A program made the translations under genes and the position numbers. A stretch of DNA of 40,134 nucleotides from a virus, in UHGV virus genome UHGV-0384302; one strand, given 5' to 3'. Positions 32,701 to 40,134 of the stretch are shown here, in pieces; positions within the stretch are counted from its first letter, which is position 1, and each line of letters begins with the position of its first letter. The notes below the pieces were generated by a model. The model made no database searches and was not told where the DNA came from. It worked only from the letters and a program-made list of their open reading frames with translations.

Positions 32701-35700
32701 CCTCCCAAACGAAAACGCTGGAAGACATCCGGGCGGAACTTGACGACGTTGCCGCCCAGCAGGAACAGGCGGAACCTCCAACCACGGAAACCCCGCCGGA
32801 TCCCGCCCAGCCGGAACCGGACGCCAATGCCTTCATCGCCCCTGACGGCACAGTCCTTGCCCCCGGACAGGACAGCCGGAAAGACGCTGCCTCTGATAGC
32901 CCCTTCATCGGCGGCAACTACATCCAGATCGGGGAAGCCCGCCTCGGAGCCGTCCCCACGGCCTCCATCCTCCATGCGGAAGACCTCGCTCAAACCAAAC
33001 GCAATGCGGACGCCAGCGGCCTCACCAAGCCCCTCACTGGAAAATTCAAAAGGGAAACCGCCCCCGTCTACCTCCTCCATCGCAACAACGGAGAACTTCA
33101 TATCTTCTCCGGCAGGCATAAACTCGCCCTAGCCAGAGAAAACGGCATCGACCGTGTCGCCGCCTACGTCTATGAAGAAGACGCTGCCCACACCCCGGAA
33201 TGGGCGCGGTATGAAGACATCCGCCTCAACATCCTCGATGAACAGGCCACCATCACGGAAGTAGCCCTCTACGCCCGCCATCTCAAGGACGCCAGCCCGG
33301 AAGCGGACGTCGTTGCAGACATGACTCACGAGGGACTGGTACGCATCCACCCCCAGCCGTGGCGGCGTACCCCCACCCAAATAGGCGCATTCATCGGGGC
33401 CAACGCCAGCCCTGACTTGCTCGACCGCCTCAAAAACCCGGACAACTCCCTCATGGATGAAAAGGCGGCCTACACCATCTGCCAGCTCACCACGGACGCG
33501 ACCGTCCAGCAATGGGCCGGGGGACAAATCCAGCAGGGGCAGTCCATTGACGACATCGTCGCAGGCATCCAGCAGCGGGACGCCGCCGTCTCCGGCGGTC
33601 AAATCGAATACGACATGTTCGGCAACGCCATCTTCAACAACGCCGAATTTGACCACGTCACCCGCTATGTCAACGCCTGCAAGGCGGAAATCTCCCGCGT
33701 GGAAGCCCTCCTCAAAAGCAAAAACCGCATCGCCAAAGACCAGCCGCTTGCCCGCCAGCTCGGCCTCTCCATTGACCAGCACACGGACGTTGCTTCCATC
33801 CGCAAGCAAATCGCGTCCCTCAAAATCGCCTACAACAACATCGGCGTCCACCCGGAAATCACCGCAGCGGGCCGCCTCTGGAAAGAAGGGGAACCCGTTC
33901 ACCCGCTCAAGGACATCCCGGAACTCCGTCTTGAAAACGTAGAGAAAACGGACACGGAACCCAGGCCCTTCGATGACGGGGAAATGCTCTTCTCCGCCAG
34001 CCTCACCCCTATCCGGAAATCCGCCGCAAACGTCCAGCCGGAAGGCAGCCATGCCCCAAGAATCAACGTATTTTGGCATGGTGTGGAGGAAAAAGACTAC
34101 CGCTCTCTTCCTGTGGAAGAACAAGAACGCCTTGCCAGCCGTGGCCTCGATGAACTCTACCCCATGGCCGAGGCCGTCATGCAGGACTTTGACACCATCG
34201 TCCGCGGCATCGGGGAACGCCTCGGACTGCGCGTCATGATGCGGAAAACTCTCAAAGGCCGGGCACGTGCCTTACAAAAAACCGTGGGAGACAATTACGG
34301 CGATGCCGGAAAACTCCTCGATGTTTTCGGGGGCACCCTCATCATGCCGGACAGTGCGGACTTCTCCCAAGTCATTTCAGAAGTCAGGGAATCTGGCATG
34401 ACTATCGCCCGCATTAAAAATGGCTACAAGGCCCACGATCCCTACGGTTATGCGGACATCAAGCTCAACGTCCAAATGCCCAACGGATTCATCGGAGAAA
34501 TCATCCTCATTGAAGAACACATGATGCGGATGAAAGAAGGCCCCGGTCATAAAATTTACGAAGTGGGCCGCAACCTTCAAAACGAACTCAACCAGAACAA
34601 AGACAACCCGGACTACGGGGAAAAACGCCGTCAGCTCGTCACTGGTTATGTAGAAACCCTGCAACAACTCTCCCACGCCTACTACGGTAATCAGGGGCGC
34701 GAACCAATCAGGGAAGCGGAACAGGAAGCACGGGAAGCTTATTCAAAATTGCATGGCTGGGCATTCTCCAATGCCTCTTCCAGTGAGGAAAGCGGAATCG
34801 TTCCATTAGCTGGATTGGGGGAAGGAATGTACTTTGCTTCAACCAATCTGGCAGACCCATCTTTGGCAACCTTCACCTGGTATGTTTTCCCGGACTTGTC
34901 GGAAGCCCAGGAAGCGTCTCCGTCTCCTCTAGTCCAGAACTCGACCAGTTCCACATCTGATGCTCTCAATAACATATCCACGGATAATGTAGCATCGTCC
35001 CTGAACAATGTCAAATCAGCCCTTGAACAAGCGGGGGAACGCGCATCCTCCCCATCCCCTGAACAGGACGGCCCCGGCGTCAGCTTCTCCCTTGCTCAAG
35101 CCTCCGTCATTTCAAGGCTCATTCTTGCTCCTCGCGCCAACGAAGCCAAAGCCCGTTCCCTCATGCGTGGCATCGACGAAGCCATGAACCGCTGGAACAT
35201 TGCTGCATCCGTGGACATCACCCATGACAGCGCGGCCCGCACCTTCGGGGAACTCAACTCCATCCTCGCGGAAATCCAGCGAGTCCTGCCGGACAACTAC
35301 AAAATCAACATGCGCCCCTACCTCAACTTCGGAGCAGCCTACGCCCGCATGCTGGAAACCGGACGCATCCGCTCCTATGGCAAACTCTCCCCGGAACAAA
35401 AAAACACCCTTGCGGCGGAACTTCAAACCCTCATGGACTCGCCGGACGTTCTCACCGCCATCCGCGGGGAAGTGGTTGATCAAATCTCCATTCGTCAGGA
35501 AACAACAGGAAGGGGAGGCCCGGAATACGCGCAGGCATACCGCACCCAACAGGAAGACATCGTCCGCCAGCTCGCCGAAGGAAGGCTCAACACCCTCCTT
35601 ACCTCCATCATGACCGACGTTCGCGGGCAGCTCGAACAATACCTCAAGGACGAAAGCGTTGCCAAGGTACTTGACCGCATCGCCCGTCTCATGCCCAAAA

Positions 35701-38432
35701 AGAAAGACAACGGAAAATACGGTAAAGGCTCCCTCCCGGCGGACGCCTACCGCACCCTCGGCCAATACCTTGCCATGCTCGATGCGGATGCCTCCGCCGT
35801 AGAAGCGGAAACAGCCAGACTGGAAGCACTTATCCGGGACGCCTCCCTCAACCAGACGGAAGCGGCGGAAGGGGAAACCATATCCATCCCCTACGAATAT
35901 GCGGGAAGAAAAGAAAACCTCACCCTTGACCAGTTGGAAAGCAAACTCGCGGACTGGCAAACCTTCGGAAACTTGGCGGACATGAACCTCGATGAAACCC
36001 GCGCCGCCATGGAAGCCATCATGACCTACATCCAGACCAACCGCACGGCCTGGGTGCAGAAAAACCAGCAGGAAGCATGGCAGAACGAAAAACTTGCCTA
36101 CGACATCTCCGGCTCCATCCGGCAGCATGTCACCGTAGATGAACAAGCCGTCCGCGACGCCAACGAAAACGCGGACAGCTCCCGCGTGGAATGGGCGCGT
36201 GCCTGGTTCTCCGGCCTGCAATCCTTCTCTCAAATGCTCGAAAGCCTCTCCGCCATCGACGGCATGAAGGAACTCTCCCAATACGGCATCTCGGAAATAG
36301 CCAAAGCCAACGTCTCTCTCAACACGCGGGAAAACAACCATGCCGCCGCCTTTGCGCAAATCATTCGGGAATCTGCCGGACTGCGGACGAAACGCGACAT
36401 AGAACGATGGATTCTTGACGCCAAGCTCACCCGCGACACTGGGGCCGTCACCGCCCCTGTCAGGGAAAAAACCGTCACCCTCGACATCCGGACCGCACAG
36501 GAATACATCGACCTCATCGAAGCCGACGACAGGGAAGGCTTTGAAGCCAAGCGGCAGCACATCATGGAAACCGCCCGCCGCCAGGGCATCCGCCCCGAAC
36601 GCCTCGGCCTCATCTCGGAAATGGACATCCCCGCTCTCATGAATGAACTCGCCGCCCATCCCAGGGCCGGGAAAATCACCATCACCAGCCGCATCCTTGA
36701 CAAAAAGGGAACAGCCCGCCCGCTGCGCCTCTCCAAAGCGCAGGCCATGTACCAAATCCTCCTCTACGAACAGGACAGGTACAAGCCCAACTTCGAGCGG
36801 CATGGCTACACTGGGCAAACCATGCAGGCCCTCTACCGCTACGTCGGACAGGACGGCCTCGCCGTTGCCTACGGCCTCCGCGACTACATCAACCAATGCG
36901 GCATAGAACTCGCAGACGTCTTTGAAAAACTCACCGGAGTCCCGTTCCCCAAAGAAGAAAAATACTTCCGCGCCAAATTCAACCACCACGAAGGCGACGC
37001 CAAAACCGCCGTCATCGGAGAAGGCAACAACATCATGGGGCATAAATACTCCATGCTCATCACCCGTAAAAAACACAACCTCGGCCTTGACCTCTCCGCG
37101 GACGTCTTCACCGTCGCCAACGCCTCCCTGGCGGAAACGGACAACTACATCTGCACCAAACACATCACATCCAAATTCCGCGGCGTCCTCTCCCATGGTT
37201 ACGCGGCGGACGCCCTCAAGGTCAAAATGGGAGCGCAGCGATACCGCCAGCTCGTCACGTGGCTTGACCTCATCGACGGGGCGGGCACCCTCGAAGCAGC
37301 CCAGCTCATGGCCCACTCCAAATTCGTAGGCCGCATGCAGGGAGCCAAGGCAAACGCCCTCCTTGCCTACAACCTCCTCACCTGCATCAAGCAGACCTCC
37401 GCCATCCTCCACCCGCTCGCCTCTGGTAAAATCGGCCTCGGAGAACTCATGAAAGAATACTCCCTCATGCTCTCCGGCAACAGCCACTTCACCTTCGCGG
37501 ACATGATGCGGACAGACGCCTTCCAATCCCGTTTCAGAAAAGAACCCGTCATCCGGGAAATCCTCAATTACGGCGCAGACCAGCACTTCGGCTATGGTAA
37601 AAGAATCGCCATGTCCGGAATGGTCCCTCTGGAAAAAATGGACGTATGGAGCAACGCCGTTTCCCATACCGCCCTTGCAAACGCCGTCATCCGCAAACTG
37701 GAAAAGGAAAACGCCGCCCGCATTCGCAATGGGGAAGAGCCAATGACCACCGCAGACATGGAGCAAATCGCCCTCGACGAAGTCCGCCAATCCCTCGAAC
37801 TCGCAGCCCAGCCCACGCGCACCGCGCAGAAATCGCAGCTCCAGGCCATGGGCGGCACCTTCGTCCGCCTCTGGACATTCATGGGCAGCGAAGCCATCAA
37901 CAAATTCGGCAACCTCGTCACCTTCGCCCAAAAAGGCCAGTGGGGTAAGCTCGCTGCCGCATGGGCCAGCCTCTCCCTGTGGGAACAAACCATGGTAACG
38001 CTCTGGATGCTCCTCATGAACCCGCCGGGAGATAAAGACAAGGACAAGGAAAAATGGTGGAAAACGCAGGCTGTGGCTCTCCCCTCCGCCATGCTCGGAT
38101 CCGTTCCTGTCGTGGGAGCAACCATTCAGACAGCCCTTCAAACCTTCGGCCTTGCTCCCTACTACGGCAACTACGGATCCCAAATCATCCCCGCCGGAAC
38201 AGCCGTCTCCAAAATCAAAAAGGCCACGAAGAAAAAAGCCACTTGGCAGGACACCTTCAACGCCTCCCTCGCCGTCCTCCAATGCCTCGCCATCGGCGGC
38301 GGCGTCTTCTCGGACTCCCGCTCCAAGCCAGTTGCGGAAACCGCCTCCGCCCTCATTGGACTATCCGCCGCGGCCAACATCCCAAAAGTCGCCGTTAAGG
38401 CAACCGAAGAACCCAAAAAGAAAAGGCGGTAA
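29730..38432 (+). CDS. Giant (2900 aa) polyvalent internal virion / ejection protein with ParB/Srx-like domain, RelA/SpoT-like nucleotidyltransferase-like domain and C-terminal hydrophobic helices
   Basis: Single uninterrupted 8.7-kb ORF following the GH108-bearing protein. ParB-like block ...ETAPVYLLHRNNGELHIFSGRHKLALARENGIDRVAAYVYEE (about 32900-33190). RSH-like block RVMMRKTLKGRARALQK...DVFGGTLIMPDSADFSQVI...NGYKAHDPYGYADIKLNVQMPNGFIGEIILIEEHMMRM (about 34200-34570). C-terminal hydrophobic segments (37960-38320). Confidence 0.65.
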   Translation: MDYLQENTFFIPSPAPAPEQLASPDYEQQRKQDMDYLSNYLLSGQYPEHRALAEQAHGHDPYAHAPEQERKCFVGRKACGVLLGNDQVPDMYFRQQNLPIPDGADTREKMYMAVYDHLDGVVKQAKQKQVEEQKALEQYGQQLLGRIDRACKGSGEQWTPKDIDMMGRAGITPDIINRVRAAYAKLPVGSFILDDADAANVMTAAGLNKDDLTPDDKKVEDILMSLWGKAIYDNYGANIDRQYENPVAQYAYESIKPIHNLYYSTLSGAMGVLENLRNVDADVPSFMTPGDRMAYDHIPFDNKNPFLSAEEMRHDKGLLRTIDFRAKMKNVRKAAQQAYTEGRQTWGINKFAVTLGDMVGQSVPNAIPYFGVYSLLKGSGTQRYEEGVALGLSREENVKRASLFGAADTLEEKIGMGVLGKVPVLGRLLNAGLNKTGLPYNSLRAKYLASETAQIWGNTAAGVLEEGVAEPIVGGTTRALMSNFLDDDRGKTSLSAIPGAILQNFEGYQGLALAFYSRGFVKLAEPQIRENVKHFAESLDGFTALGGSESGYLRALEIKDTDARNDFIAEHLKTEWANNPEQAARRAEQGNAALLGTQEIAQLRELESFRALQERGVIPRFEPAQETGKYRVYLNAETAETRRKTQPSEEGISAENPVAEQTRQGQDYALMTEDQLNTLLTLSIGERERDTILWAQNLLAAENVVDYLEQQGWKTENIGQTETTATLRTLARQATATVRLLETSGITRQEALASVNPDISEHASLQSIITAYSGSKGRAATARRRGEQTSFASNAYVIRQQDPVNGGFQQILRFSRGEATVENLWEETMEQAAINWCAQENLSPSTFGSQLQDMQRAVNQLYGEEGGVQFIGLDVVPTSGDVVEALSLIGRSRLMHDVVAGTSSLPSWIQKLVRFVSSFLEQFRAKAELGHAIAKLESSGQLTPEMQNLINAMTGAVDSIHARDIRQEADIVTAVESSIAEHEAAFTRAGTSQTKTLEDIRAELDDVAAQQEQAEPPTTETPPDPAQPEPDANAFIAPDGTVLAPGQDSRKDAASDSPFIGGNYIQIGEARLGAVPTASILHAEDLAQTKRNADASGLTKPLTGKFKRETAPVYLLHRNNGELHIFSGRHKLALARENGIDRVAAYVYEEDAAHTPEWARYEDIRLNILDEQATITEVALYARHLKDASPEADVVADMTHEGLVRIHPQPWRRTPTQIGAFIGANASPDLLDRLKNPDNSLMDEKAAYTICQLTTDATVQQWAGGQIQQGQSIDDIVAGIQQRDAAVSGGQIEYDMFGNAIFNNAEFDHVTRYVNACKAEISRVEALLKSKNRIAKDQPLARQLGLSIDQHTDVASIRKQIASLKIAYNNIGVHPEITAAGRLWKEGEPVHPLKDIPELRLENVEKTDTEPRPFDDGEMLFSASLTPIRKSAANVQPEGSHAPRINVFWHGVEEKDYRSLPVEEQERLASRGLDELYPMAEAVMQDFDTIVRGIGERLGLRVMMRKTLKGRARALQKTVGDNYGDAGKLLDVFGGTLIMPDSADFSQVISEVRESGMTIARIKNGYKAHDPYGYADIKLNVQMPNGFIGEIILIEEHMMRMKEGPGHKIYEVGRNLQNELNQNKDNPDYGEKRRQLVTGYVETLQQLSHAYYGNQGREPIREAEQEAREAYSKLHGWAFSNASSSEESGIVPLAGLGEGMYFASTNLADPSLATFTWYVFPDLSEAQEASPSPLVQNSTSSTSDALNNISTDNVASSLNNVKSALEQAGERASSPSPEQDGPGVSFSLAQASVISRLILAPRANEAKARSLMRGIDEAMNRWNIAASVDITHDSAARTFGELNSILAEIQRVLPDNYKINMRPYLNFGAAYARMLETGRIRSYGKLSPEQKNTLAAELQTLMDSPDVLTAIRGEVVDQISIRQETTGRGGPEYAQAYRTQQEDIVRQLAEGRLNTLLTSIMTDVRGQLEQYLKDESVAKVLDRIARLMPKKKDNGKYGKGSLPADAYRTLGQYLAMLDADASAVEAETARLEALIRDASLNQTEAAEGETISIPYEYAGRKENLTLDQLESKLADWQTFGNLADMNLDETRAAMEAIMTYIQTNRTAWVQKNQQEAWQNEKLAYDISGSIRQHVTVDEQAVRDANENADSSRVEWARAWFSGLQSFSQMLESLSAIDGMKELSQYGISEIAKANVSLNTRENNHAAAFAQIIRESAGLRTKRDIERWILDAKLTRDTGAVTAPVREKTVTLDIRTAQEYIDLIEADDREGFEAKRQHIMETARRQGIRPERLGLISEMDIPALMNELAAHPRAGKITITSRILDKKGTARPLRLSKAQAMYQILLYEQDRYKPNFERHGYTGQTMQALYRYVGQDGLAVAYGLRDYINQCGIELADVFEKLTGVPFPKEEKYFRAKFNHHEGDAKTAVIGEGNNIMGHKYSMLITRKKHNLGLDLSADVFTVANASLAETDNYICTKHITSKFRGVLSHGYAADALKVKMGAQRYRQLVTWLDLIDGAGTLEAAQLMAHSKFVGRMQGAKANALLAYNLLTCIKQTSAILHPLASGKIGLGELMKEYSLMLSGNSHFTFADMMRTDAFQSRFRKEPVIREILNYGADQHFGYGKRIAMSGMVPLEKMDVWSNAVSHTALANAVIRKLEKENAARIRNGEEPMTTADMEQIALDEVRQSLELAAQPTRTAQKSQLQAMGGTFVRLWTFMGSEAINKFGNLVTFAQKGQWGKLAAAWASLSLWEQTMVTLWMLLMNPPGDKDKDKEKWWKTQAVALPSAMLGSVPVVGATIQTALQTFGLAPYYGNYGSQIIPAGTAVSKIKKATKKKATWQDTFNASLAVLQCLAIGGGVFSDSRSKPVAETASALIGLSAAANIPKVAVKATEEPKKKRR

Positions 38433-38578
38433 AAAGTATCGCCGCGGCTCCGGAGAACCGCGACGACCTTTGGACACTTGCCTGAAACGAGGCAAGGCGT
38501 TCAGCATATCACCTCCTTTCACGTTCTCGGAAGAACTTCCTTGTGTCATACAAAAAAGAAACAGAAGAAAAACCTTGC

Positions 38579-38601
38579 TTTAGTATCGTGACGATACTAA
38601 A
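38579..38601. promoter_or_regulatory. Perfect 23-bp palindrome (11+1+11) in the gap before the right-end genes; candidate operator for a dimeric regulator
   Basis: TTTAGTATCGT-g-ACGATACTAAA, AT-rich, in a non-coding gap of about 250 bp (38433-38682). No adjacent U-run on the plus strand. Confidence 0.4.
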
Positions 38602-38682
38602 TTAACCATGTCGGCAGGAGATTGGACACCTCCTCCCGATGGGTTCCGGCCTCCGGGACTCAACGCCTGAAACGAAAAAACA

Positions 38683-39024
38683 ATGAACACCGAAATCAAA
38701 AATGAAAACGTCGTGGCTCTGCTTCATGCGGTAGCCGTTTCCTCCGGTCTTGTCAAAGAAGGCTTGCCATGGTGCAAGCGCGTAAAAGTCGCTCCCGGTT
38801 CGATCTCCTTCAACATGTTCGGGCCTACGGAAGACGCCAATGCTTGGCAGGTCTCCTTTCATCTCTCCTCCCTTCGTTCCAGAAAGAAGGTAGATGAACT
38901 CCTGCACAACCTCGCCATTGCCTCCATGGACTTCAAACTCTGCGACGGCTACGAACTCCGCTTCTGCAAGGCGGACAAATACGTCAGCATCATTATCCCG
39001 GACAATGAAAAATATGCAGCCTGA
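38683..39024 (+). CDS. Hypothetical protein
   Basis: 113-aa ORF with a good start context (aacaATGaac). No motif recognised. Confidence 0.45.
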   Translation: MNTEIKNENVVALLHAVAVSSGLVKEGLPWCKRVKVAPGSISFNMFGPTEDANAWQVSFHLSSLRSRKKVDELLHNLAIASMDFKLCDGYELRFCKADKYVSIIIPDNEKYAA

Positions 39025-39994
39025 ACCGAACGCCAAACAAGGAAACAAAGCCATGAACGAATACATCAACGACATTTCCCAGCAAACCGCGGAACGCGCC
39101 TTCAACGGAACCAGCTTCTCCCCTGACAGACGCGGGGAAAGCCTGCGGCGCGAATACGCAAATGACCTCGCCTCCTTCCAATCCGTCTTGGAAAAATACA
39201 TGAAGGGGGAAGACGAAGACAAAATCAACGAAGAATTCGAGCGTTTCCGCTCCGGCCTCAAGCAAAGATACCTTGCCTACTGCTCTTCACACTCCCGCTG
39301 CATGTCCGCCTTCATCGTCGGCCCGGCCCGATTTCCATCGGCACGCATGCAAAAATACTCCGGCTGGGCAGACAACAAAATGAGGGAAATCAGCTCCTTC
39401 ATCGAACGGGCGGAAAAATCCGTCAAAAGGAGATACTTCAAAGACCCCAACGGCCCCATCAAATCCAGTGACCCGGATGCCGTGGAGCGGCTGGAAGCCA
39501 AGCTTTCTGCTTGCCGCAAAACGCAGGAAACCATGAAAGCCGCAAACGCCGTCATCCGCAAAGCCAAGGGAGACAAGGATAAGGCTATGGCCGGACTCAT
39601 TGAAATGGGATTAAGTGAACAGACCGCCGCCAAAATCCTCACGCCGGACTACTGCGGCAGAATCGGCTTTTCGACTTACACTCTCGCTGGCAACAACGCG
39701 GAAATAAGAAGACTCGAAGGCCGCCTCCGTAAAATCAAAACCGCCAAAGAAACCACCCCGGAAAAAATAGAAACGCAAACCGGAATCATCATTGAAAAAT
39801 GCCCGGAAGAGAATAGAATAAGGCTCTACTTCCCGGACAAGCCGGACGAAACTGTCAGGGGCAGCCTCAAGGCAAACGGATTCCGCTGGTCGCCTCGCCT
39901 CAAGGCATGGCAGTCCTACATCAACTGGAAGACGGAACACTACGTCCGGAAAGAAATTGTCGCATCACAAACTGGTGCGCTCATTGAAACATGA
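39014..39994 (+). CDS. Hypothetical protein (start ambiguous: 39005, 39014 or 39053; the track's 38894 start overlaps the upstream gene)
   Basis: About 320 aa, charged/helical (MNEYINDISQQTAERAFNGTSFSPDRRGESLRREYANDLASFQSVLEKYMKGEDEDKINEEFERFRSGLKQRY...). No confident family assignment. Confidence 0.45.
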   Translation: MQPEPNAKQGNKAMNEYINDISQQTAERAFNGTSFSPDRRGESLRREYANDLASFQSVLEKYMKGEDEDKINEEFERFRSGLKQRYLAYCSSHSRCMSAFIVGPARFPSARMQKYSGWADNKMREISSFIERAEKSVKRRYFKDPNGPIKSSDPDAVERLEAKLSACRKTQETMKAANAVIRKAKGDKDKAMAGLIEMGLSEQTAAKILTPDYCGRIGFSTYTLAGNNAEIRRLEGRLRKIKTAKETTPEKIETQTGIIIEKCPEENRIRLYFPDKPDETVRGSLKANGFRWSPRLKAWQSYINWKTEHYVRKEIVASQTGALIET

Positions 39995-40134
39995 CCACTC
40001 CTGAACAATTCATTGACTGGGTAAAACAAACCCTCAACATCAGGAAAACCCCCGCCGTTGAAAAAGCGGTTGGGGTGCTTGGCGTTACGCGCCTCACCAT
40101 CTTCCGCTGGCTCAACGGAACCATGCCCCCCAGC
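39991..40134 (+). CDS. HTH DNA-binding protein, 3'-truncated by the window end
   Basis: MTTPEQFIDWVKQTLNIRKTPAVEKAVGVLGVTRLTIFRWLNG is a classic HTH (AlpA/Cro-like) arrangement. ATG overlaps the previous stop (ATGA). Confidence 0.4.
   Translation, partial: MTTPEQFIDWVKQTLNIRKTPAVEKAVGVLGVTRLTIFRWLNGTMPPS

Noticed and set aside
35112-38282. 1056-aa minus-strand ORF antisense to the giant gene, plus similar long antisense ORFs at 12127..13794, 15905..17611, 18377..20194, 21501..23477, 28323..29645, 30903..32159 and 33129..34124
   Set aside because: All lie opposite strongly supported genes (giant protein, portal, fibre, nozzle, terL). They have low-complexity G/R/V/A-rich translations typical of stop-poor antisense frames in high-GC DNA and carry no recognisable motifs.
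38488-38507. CTTGCCT-gaaacg-AGGCAAG hairpin as the terminator of the giant gene
   Set aside because: A 7-bp stem is present but no U-tract follows on either strand. It is kept only as a possible weak structure.
1-40134. CRISPR arrays, tRNA/tmRNA genes or an rRNA fragment anywhere in the window, including at the att region
   Set aside because: No array of regularly spaced direct repeats was seen. The AT-rich att region and other gaps contain no recognisable tRNA cloverleaf (GTTC-loop/acceptor pairing) on inspection. A tRNAscan run would be needed to be definitive.

Overview
The window is almost entirely a temperate, T7-like (podovirus-architecture) phage genome of about 58-60% GC. The host is not identifiable from the sequence alone.

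Left third, 1-9.5 kb: a Mesh1/SpoT-like HD alarmone hydrolase, an AT-rich membrane-protein moron, three tandem paralogous HTH regulators on the minus strand (one a CI/LexA-like S24 repressor), then a plus-strand early/replication operon. That operon holds AlpA/excisionase-like HTH proteins, two RHH proteins, a Cys-rich AT-rich moron, a replication-initiator-like protein, DnaB helicase and a small terminase subunit.

Middle, 9.5-18.3 kb: a tyrosine integrase converges on terS and is followed by CTGCAAGAC repeats (candidate attP/arm sites). A minus-strand late operon runs from 18.3 to 11 kb: tail fibre, small membrane/lipobox proteins, a DUF2829 (Tad2-like) protein, Amidase_3 endolysin, T7 gp8-like portal and an acidic scaffold-like protein, ending in a strong terminator.

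Right half, 18.4-40.1 kb: a nozzle-like 1133-aa protein, terL, an AT-rich two-gene moron with its own promoter and terminator, and the capsid gene on the minus strand. A plus-strand block follows with gp11/gp14-like proteins, an 845-aa internal virion protein ending in a GH108 muramidase plus PG-binding domain, and a 2900-aa giant 'polyvalent' ejection protein. The giant protein carries a ParB/Srx-like domain, a RelA/SpoT-like nucleotidyltransferase-like domain and C-terminal hydrophobic helices. Three small genes of unknown function close the window.

No rRNA, tRNA or CRISPR array was recognised. Many long antisense ORFs in the track are high-GC artefacts.
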